Shown here in pieces: positions 14,403 to 20,000 of a stretch of DNA of 20,000 nucleotides; position 1 is the stretch's first letter, and each line of letters opens with the position of its first letter. The DNA is from an uncultured Methanosarcinales archaeon (GTDB lineage Archaea > Nanobdellota > Nanobdellia > Woesearchaeales > GW2011-AR9). The notes under the pieces were generated by a model, which saw only the letters and a program-made list of their open reading frames with translations, searched no databases and was not told the DNA's origin. The translations under genes were made by a program, and so were the position numbers. Where the stretch lies: the NCBI GenBank assembly GCA_964343575.1, contig CAYFJV010000002.1:375809-395808 (forward strand). The letters are read 5' to 3'.

Positions 14403-15728
14403 CTACAAGGAAATTCTTTCTACTCTAATCTTGGGGAGCAATTTATCAATTAATTTTTTATCAATCCCTTCAACTCTTCTTCTTTGTACATGTGCGCTCG
14501 CAGTAGCCACAGCATAAGCCAAGTGATCTTTTAGACTTCTTCTTCCACCCGGTCTTTCTGTAGATAAGGAAGAAGTGAGGTAGCCGGATAATAAAGCGTC
14601 TCCCGCTCCGATGGTACAACAAACTTTCTCTCTCTCAACTTGTGGTCTTGCATAGAAAATACCTTGGTCTCTGACCAGGAGCGCTCCATCACAATCTAAA
14701 GAAAGAAGAACGGTATTAATGTTTTTTTCTCTTCTAAATGCGTCTGTTACTCTTGCCGTAGTAGTTATATTTCCATTAACAGGTTCTCCAAGGTATCTAG
14801 ACAGCTCATCACGATTTGGTTTGATAAGGTAAGGTCTTTGATCAACAACTACTGCAAAAGCTTCTGGGTTTGAGGAATCAAAAACTACTTTTATTCCTTG
14901 AGAAGCAAAGTAGGACGTTAATTCTGCGAAATAAGTTGGTGAAATATCTCTTGGTAAGGAGCCGGAAAGAACAAGGATATCTCCTTCTCTGATTGCTCCT
15001 TTCAATGAGGCTTCTAGACCAGCTAAGTCTCCTCCTCTCACCCTTGGATTTTCTGGAGCGCTTCTTCTCTTATCTTCTCTTCCAGTGACCGTAACAGAAA
15101 GTGTTTCATCAAGAGTGGGCCTTTGAATGAGAGGAACATGGGCATCATAAAGAGATTTTTTTAGCTGTCCACCATTATCTCCTCCTAATAGAGCATACAG
15201 GCAAAGGTTAGCAAAACCCAATCCCCTCATGCCAGAAGCAACGTTAACAGCCTTGCCACCTGGGATTTTATCTTCACCATGAATTTCTAAGCTAGGATTT
15301 AAAGAAACTAAATGAACTACGGGGCCACCCCAAGCACTAGGACACCTTTGCCTGACTAAGTAATCAGAAAGTTGAGTTATTCCAAGATCCTCTGCTCCGC
15401 TTGTATTCGCAGAAGCGCATGCATCTTGAAGTTCTTTTAGAGTGTTATAGTCTCTTGCTTTTCCCAATTGACAGTTGCGAACGTCTTCATCTGTTTCGAG
15501 AAGTAATGCCTCAGTATTGTGAACTGAATTGGCAAGGAGGCCATAGCCCCGGTGGTGACCATCGACAACAAAGGTTTGGTATCCGTCTTTTACGACAACA
15601 AGTGGGTCCATTGGATGGTCCCCTCTTGAAAGGAGGTAAGCAACTCTCGCTGTAGCATCCAGGTCCAAATGGCAGTCTTCAGTAACATAAAGTGAAGAAA
15701 GCGGCACTTCTATTTCTCTCATTCTCAA
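14403..15728 (-). CDS. Fusion of a ParB/Sulfiredoxin-like N-terminal domain and a PfkB-family (1-phosphofructokinase-like) kinase
   Basis: N-terminal VPLSSL...PLVVV..G...VVDGHHR. C-terminal LNPS, PGGKAVNVA, VLSGSLP, IKPNRDEL, TIGAGDA. Start is TTG 15728 or ATG 15722. Confidence 0.82.
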   Translation of the reverse strand: MRMREIEVPLSSLYVTEDCHLDLDATARVAYLLSRGDHPMDPLVVVKDGYQTFVVDGHHRGYGLLANSVHNTEALLLETDEDVRNCQLGKARDYNTLKELQDACASANTSGAEDLGITQLSDYLVRQRCPSAWGGPVVHLVSLNPSLEIHGEDKIPGGKAVNVASGMRGLGFANLCLYALLGGDNGGQLKKSLYDAHVPLIQRPTLDETLSVTVTGREDKRRSAPENPRVRGGDLAGLEASLKGAIREGDILVLSGSLPRDISPTYFAELTSYFASQGIKVVFDSSNPEAFAVVVDQRPYLIKPNRDELSRYLGEPVNGNITTTARVTDAFRREKNINTVLLSLDCDGALLVRDQGIFYARPQVEREKVCCTIGAGDALLSGYLTSSLSTERPGGRRSLKDHLAYAVATASAHVQRRRVEGIDKKLIDKLLPKIRVERISL

Positions 15729-15829
15729 TTGGCCAAAGCCGTCCCTTTTTTAGTCTTGTGCATCTTTAGACTAGGAATGGACTTTTTGCCATGAAAATAC
15801 TTAAAAAGAAAAAAAAGTAATGATGAGAG

Positions 15830-16441
15830 ATGCTTCTTAAGGAACTCAAAGAAACATTCTCAAGATGCAGCCTTTGTCCTGAGCTTTGTGAAAGTAGATC
15901 TCAAGTAGTTTTTGGCTCTGGCAACCATAAGGCTCCTTTATTGATCATTGGAGAAGCCCCGGGAGCTAGCGAAGATAGACAAGGTATCCCCTTTTGCGGT
16001 GCTTCTGGGAAGGTCTTACAAGAATTGCTCTCTAGCATTGGTCTTACTCGGGATGATGTCTTTATCACAAACACTATTATTTGTAGGCCACCAAACAATC
16101 GTAATCCAAAAACAGAAGAAATGCAAAATTGTCGTGAACGTTTGGAGGAGACAATCCAACTTATACAGCCAAAAGTAATTGCAACTGTGGGAAACTTCGC
16201 AACCAAAGCAATCATTAAGAAGACAGGAATTACTCAGATACGTGGCCAGATTTTTGAGACTAGTGTTCGAGGAACAAGTTTTAAGGTGGTGCCAGTTGTG
16301 CATCCTGCTAATTATCTTTATAACGGAAGAGCTGAGCCAATCTTAGAGCAGATGAAAAGTGATTTTTTGGTTTTGAAGAAGGTGATTGAAGAGGAAGGCA
16401 GCAAAGTGAAGAGTAGTCAAGCGAGATTAGGTGATTTTTGA
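15830..16441 (+). CDS. udg: Uracil-DNA glycosylase family 4 (4Fe-4S type)
   Basis: CSLCPEL..SR.QVVFG.G, IGEAPG, G.PF.G.SG, ICRPPNNR.P...E...C, HPA. Confidence 0.96.
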   Translation: MLLKELKETFSRCSLCPELCESRSQVVFGSGNHKAPLLIIGEAPGASEDRQGIPFCGASGKVLQELLSSIGLTRDDVFITNTIICRPPNNRNPKTEEMQNCRERLEETIQLIQPKVIATVGNFATKAIIKKTGITQIRGQIFETSVRGTSFKVVPVVHPANYLYNGRAEPILEQMKSDFLVLKKVIEEEGSKVKSSQARLGDF

Positions 16442-16442
16442 G

Positions 16443-17282
16443 ATGTCGGTTATTATTCCAAACCCAGACAAGTTAGAGCAAATTAAGCAAGCTATGAAAG
16501 CTGAAGGTGCAGCTAAGATGCACATTATCTCTGATTTTGATAAAACACTCAGTAAAGCATTTGTCGATGGGAAGAAAGTAGGTACTTCTTATGCAAGATT
16601 AAGAAGCAAAGATTATCTTGGTCAGGAGTATATTGAAAAAGCACATCAGATGTTTGATAAGTATTACCCTATAGAGATTGATCCAAAGCTTAGTAGGGAA
16701 GAGAAGGCAGTACATATGCAACATTGGTGGGAAGAACATCATGATTTTCTTGTAGAGAAGGGTCTTAGTTCTCAAATGTTAGAAGAAGTTTCAGAAAGTG
16801 AAGAGATTAAATTACGAGAAGGAATTCCAGAATTTCTTGCACTTGCCCATAAAAACAACATTCCTTTTGTTATCATGTCTGCTGGTATTGGGAATGTCAT
16901 AAAATTGAAGTTTGCTCATGAAGGACTTCTTACAAGTAATGTTCACATTGTGAGTAATTTCTTTGTCTTTGATGAAGAAGGGAAAGCAGTTGCAAGAGAG
17001 AAAGAGATAATCCATACAATGAACAAACATGAGAAAGTACTTCATGATCTTCCTTTCTACAAGGATTTGGAGCAAAGGAAAAATGTGATTCTTTTGGGTG
17101 ATAACAAGGAAGATGAGGGAATGATAGAAGGTTTTGCTTATGATAAACTCATCAAGGTTGCTTTTCTCAATAAGGATATAGAAGGTCAGCTAGAACGGTA
17201 TAAAGAGAGCTACGATATCATTATAACTGAAGATGGTCCCGCAACAGCTGTTCTTGAATTGCTTAGAGAGATTCTCAGCTAA
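16443..17282 (+). CDS. Pyrimidine 5'-nucleotidase (UMPH-1 / cN-III-like HAD hydrolase)
   Basis: IISDFDKTLS (HAD motif I), YYPIEIDP...EEK..HM..WW, LREG, SAGIG, SNF, H..NK, RKNVILLGD. SD AGGTGA at 16429 supports ATG 16443. Confidence 0.9.
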   Translation: MSVIIPNPDKLEQIKQAMKAEGAAKMHIISDFDKTLSKAFVDGKKVGTSYARLRSKDYLGQEYIEKAHQMFDKYYPIEIDPKLSREEKAVHMQHWWEEHHDFLVEKGLSSQMLEEVSESEEIKLREGIPEFLALAHKNNIPFVIMSAGIGNVIKLKFAHEGLLTSNVHIVSNFFVFDEEGKAVAREKEIIHTMNKHEKVLHDLPFYKDLEQRKNVILLGDNKEDEGMIEGFAYDKLIKVAFLNKDIEGQLERYKESYDIIITEDGPATAVLELLREILS

Positions 17283-17338
17283 ATCTTCTCCTTTTTGAAT
17301 AATAAGATATAAAAACCAGGGGGGGTTCTTGGAGCTTG

Positions 17339-19096
17339 ATGAAAGCTAAAGATCTTATTCAAAAATATACTGATTTTTTCAAGAGTAAAGGGCACGTCCA
17401 AATCCCATCAGCAAGCCTGGTGCCAGCTAATGATCCTTCTGTTCTTTTCACAACCGCAGGTATGCAGCCTCTTGCACCCTATTTTGCTGGACAAGCGCAT
17501 CCTCAAGGAAAGCGTTTGGTAAACGTACAAAAGTGTATGCGAACCGTTGATTTTGAAAATATCGGAGATAACACCCATCACACTTTTTTTCAAATGCTTG
17601 GAAACTGGAGTCTTGGGGATTATTTCAAAAAAGAGTCCATCACTTGGAGCTTTGAATTTCTTACAAGTCCAGAATGGCTCAACTTGCCTTTAGAGAAATT
17701 GAGTTTTACTGTTTTTGAGGGAGATGATGCAGCACCAAGAGATTCTCGAGCAGCAGAGGTTTGGAAAAGTTTGGGGGTTCCAGAAGAGAAAATTACTTTT
17801 TTAGGTGAAGATAACTTTTGGTCTGCTGGAGAGACTGGACCTTGTGGGCCAAGCTCAGAAATATTTTATTGGACTGGAGATGAAAAACCAAAAACTCAAA
17901 ATCCTGATGAAGATGAAAGGTGGGTCGAGATTTGGAACAATGTCTTCATGGCTTATAACAAGAAAGAAGGCGGGGTAATCGAAGAACTCCCACAAAAAAA
18001 TATTGATACTGGGATGGGTTTGGAAAGGACTCTTGCTGTGCTTAACGGAAAAAAGAGTGCTTATGAAACAGATTTATTTTTGCCAATAATTCAAAAAATT
18101 GAAGAGCTTTCAGGAAGTGCTTATGCTGAACATAAAAAAGAGATGCGTATCATCGCTGATCACATTCGGGCAGCAAGTTTTATCTTAGGGGATGATAACA
18201 AGGTTGTTCCTTCTAACGTTGATGCAGGTTACATCTTAAGAAGATTGCTTCGGCGTGCAATTCGTTTTGGAAACATGGTTGGTTATGGTGCTTCACTTGC
18301 TGAACTTGCAAAAATAGTTGTTGACCAGTATAGTGAGCTTTATCCTGAGTTAGCTAAGAATAAAGGAGTAATTCTCTCTGAGATTGAGAAAGAGGAAGCC
18401 AAATTTAGAAAAACACTTGAGAAGGGACTTAGAGAATTCGAGAAAATGTCTGGCCAGGAGATCTCTGGGAAAGATGCTTTTCTCTTGTTTCAATCTTATG
18501 GTTTTCCTCTTGAGATGACTGAAGAAATGGCTGATGAAAAAGGGATTAAAGTTGATACTGAAGGTTTCTTTGCTGAGTATGAAAAGCATCAGCAACTCTC
18601 TCGTGAAGGAGCAGAGAAAAAGTTCAAGGGCGGGCTTGCTGATCTTTCAGAAGATACCATTAAGTTACATACTGCAACACATTTGCTTAATGAAGCACTT
18701 CGTAAAGTAATTTCTCCTGAGATCTCACAGCGAGGAAGTAATATCACTCCAGAGCGTCTTCGTTTTGATTTTAACTTTGATCGTAAATTGACTGCTGAAG
18801 AGATTAAGGCTGTTGAAGATGAAGTGAACCGAGTTATTAAAATGGAAGTTGATGTAGTTCGCAAAGAAATGCCAATGGCTGAAGCTGAGAAGCTTGGAGC
18901 GCAAAAAGAATTTGGAGCAAAATATGGTGATACTGTTTCAGTTTACTTTGTTGGAGATTATTCTAAAGAGTTTTGTGGCGGGCCACATGTAGAAAACACT
19001 CGTGACATTGGCCACTTTAAGATTGTTAAAGAGAAATCTTCTGCTGCTGGGATAAGGCGGATTAAAGCTGTTGTTGAGATTGGGAAGAACCATTGA
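17339..19096 (+). CDS. alaS: Alanyl-tRNA synthetase, short form (~585 aa)
   Basis: DPSVLFTTAGMQP, QKCMRT, HHTFFQMLGNWS.GDYFK, GPCGP.SEI, EIWNNVF, IDTGMGLER, editing motifs HTATH and CGGPH. Ends right after GIRRIKA. Confidence 0.97.
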   Translation: MKAKDLIQKYTDFFKSKGHVQIPSASLVPANDPSVLFTTAGMQPLAPYFAGQAHPQGKRLVNVQKCMRTVDFENIGDNTHHTFFQMLGNWSLGDYFKKESITWSFEFLTSPEWLNLPLEKLSFTVFEGDDAAPRDSRAAEVWKSLGVPEEKITFLGEDNFWSAGETGPCGPSSEIFYWTGDEKPKTQNPDEDERWVEIWNNVFMAYNKKEGGVIEELPQKNIDTGMGLERTLAVLNGKKSAYETDLFLPIIQKIEELSGSAYAEHKKEMRIIADHIRAASFILGDDNKVVPSNVDAGYILRRLLRRAIRFGNMVGYGASLAELAKIVVDQYSELYPELAKNKGVILSEIEKEEAKFRKTLEKGLREFEKMSGQEISGKDAFLLFQSYGFPLEMTEEMADEKGIKVDTEGFFAEYEKHQQLSREGAEKKFKGGLADLSEDTIKLHTATHLLNEALRKVISPEISQRGSNITPERLRFDFNFDRKLTAEEIKAVEDEVNRVIKMEVDVVRKEMPMAEAEKLGAQKEFGAKYGDTVSVYFVGDYSKEFCGGPHVENTRDIGHFKIVKEKSSAAGIRRIKAVVEIGKNH

Positions 19097-19108
19097 ACTG
19101 GATTGAAC

Positions 19109-19555
19109 ATGGAAAAAAAAGATTCTTTTAAGCTCCTTGATCACACTGCAGATATTTTGTTCCAATGTGATGCTGCAAGTTTGGAAGGCGTGTTTGTGCA
19201 AGCAGGCTTAGCCCTTGCTGAGATTACTACTGAGCTTAGTTCTCTTGGAGTTGGCGTGCAAAAGGAAATAACTGGAAAAAATAAGAACTTGGAGTATCTT
19301 TTTTTCGATTTTCTGGATGATCTTCTTTTCTATAAAGATAGTGAACTGCTTGTCTTTAAGGAGTTTGCTATTAAGATTACTTTGGATGAAACAACTAAGG
19401 AGTATGCTCTTCACTGTGTGGCTCGTGGTGAAGCTCTTGAGGAAGGAAAGCATGAGCGTAAGCTTGATATTAAAGCAATCACCATGCACATGTTTGAGAT
19501 TGGGCAGGATGTTGAGAGCGGAAGATGGCATGCGCAGGTTTTGGTTGATATTTAA
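19109..19555 (+). CDS. Archease
   Basis: LDHTAD at the N-terminus, GE, IKAITMH and C-terminal VLVDI. Confidence 0.95.
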   Translation: MEKKDSFKLLDHTADILFQCDAASLEGVFVQAGLALAEITTELSSLGVGVQKEITGKNKNLEYLFFDFLDDLLFYKDSELLVFKEFAIKITLDETTKEYALHCVARGEALEEGKHERKLDIKAITMHMFEIGQDVESGRWHAQVLVDI

Positions 19556-19621
19556 CCTGAAAAGGAGCCCTCAGTAAATTTAAATACCTAAAACTGTTTC
19601 CTGGTCCTTGGGAAACTTAAG

Positions 19622-20000
19622 ATGGGGCTTCTTAACATTGTTACAAGTGTGGTAAAATTCTTTACACCAGGAAGAGGAAGGGAGGCTAGTGCTCACGTTG
19701 ATACTTCAGAAGTTTCTCTTGGCGATCCAATCTCAGAGTTGGAACCACTCAGACAATCAGAGACCCCTACAAAAATAGAAGAAGGAATTTCTTTCGAGAG
19801 AGGTCAAGAAATAGATGCTTATTATCTTGTGAATAAGGTTTCAACTGCTATAAGATATCTGAAGGCAGCCCAGATGAATAAGAGAAGAGGGAGAGACTAC
19901 CTTCTCCCTGCGAAACATAACCTTAAAATGGTAAGGAAAAGGCTTCCTCACCTCAACGATTTCTATTGGAATTTTCAAAGGGCAGTAAGAAGAGAGAGTG
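19622..20000 (+). CDS. Hypothetical protein, 5' part only (runs off the window end)
   Basis: Manual translation from ATG 19622 gives MGLLNIVTSVVKFFTPGRG...FQRAVRRES, 126 codons without a stop. TATA-like TTTAAATA at about 19579. Confidence 0.7.
   Translation, partial: MGLLNIVTSVVKFFTPGRGREASAHVDTSEVSLGDPISELEPLRQSETPTKIEEGISFERGQEIDAYYLVNKVSTAIRYLKAAQMNKRRGRDYLLPAKHNLKMVRKRLPHLNDFYWNFQRAVRRES

Noticed and set aside
17319..17325. G7 homopolymer upstream of alaS as a phase-variation site
   Set aside because: Short tract before an essential gene with no supporting evidence.
390..19577. Remaining short ORFs nested in or antisense to called genes
   Set aside because: They overlap well-supported CDSs and show no motifs; treated as shadow ORFs.
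1..20000. CRISPR array, transposase or prophage genes
   Set aside because: No regularly spaced repeats and no recognisable transposase, capsid or cas motifs seen.

Overview
AT-rich archaeal chromosomal window. Gene content and style suggest a DPANN lineage such as Woesearchaeota (inference). It is mostly housekeeping: translin, Sm-rpl37e, prs, class I lysS, an intron-containing tRNA-Leu(UAG), a TctA-like permease, a KefB-like antiporter, NOG1 GTPase, rpoE1-spt4-rps24e-rps27ae, family-4 UDG, a UMPH-1/NT5C3-like nucleotidase, a short alaS and archease. No CRISPR array or transposase was seen. The most unusual observations are: (1) a compact bacterial/viral-type topoisomerase IB with a recombinase-like HxxR motif and a lengthened His-to-Tyr linker; (2) a 44-nt palindromic insert between two copies of the tRNA's first 9 nt, homologous to the same tRNA's intron, with weaker copies elsewhere; (3) loss of zinc-ligand cysteines in Spt4, S27ae and LysRS; (4) a ParB/Srx-like + PfkB kinase fusion; (5) a highly structured ~400-nt intergenic region before rpoE1 with a candidate ncRNA and a 15-codon uORF. 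All calls come from reading motifs by eye; no searches or folding programs were run.
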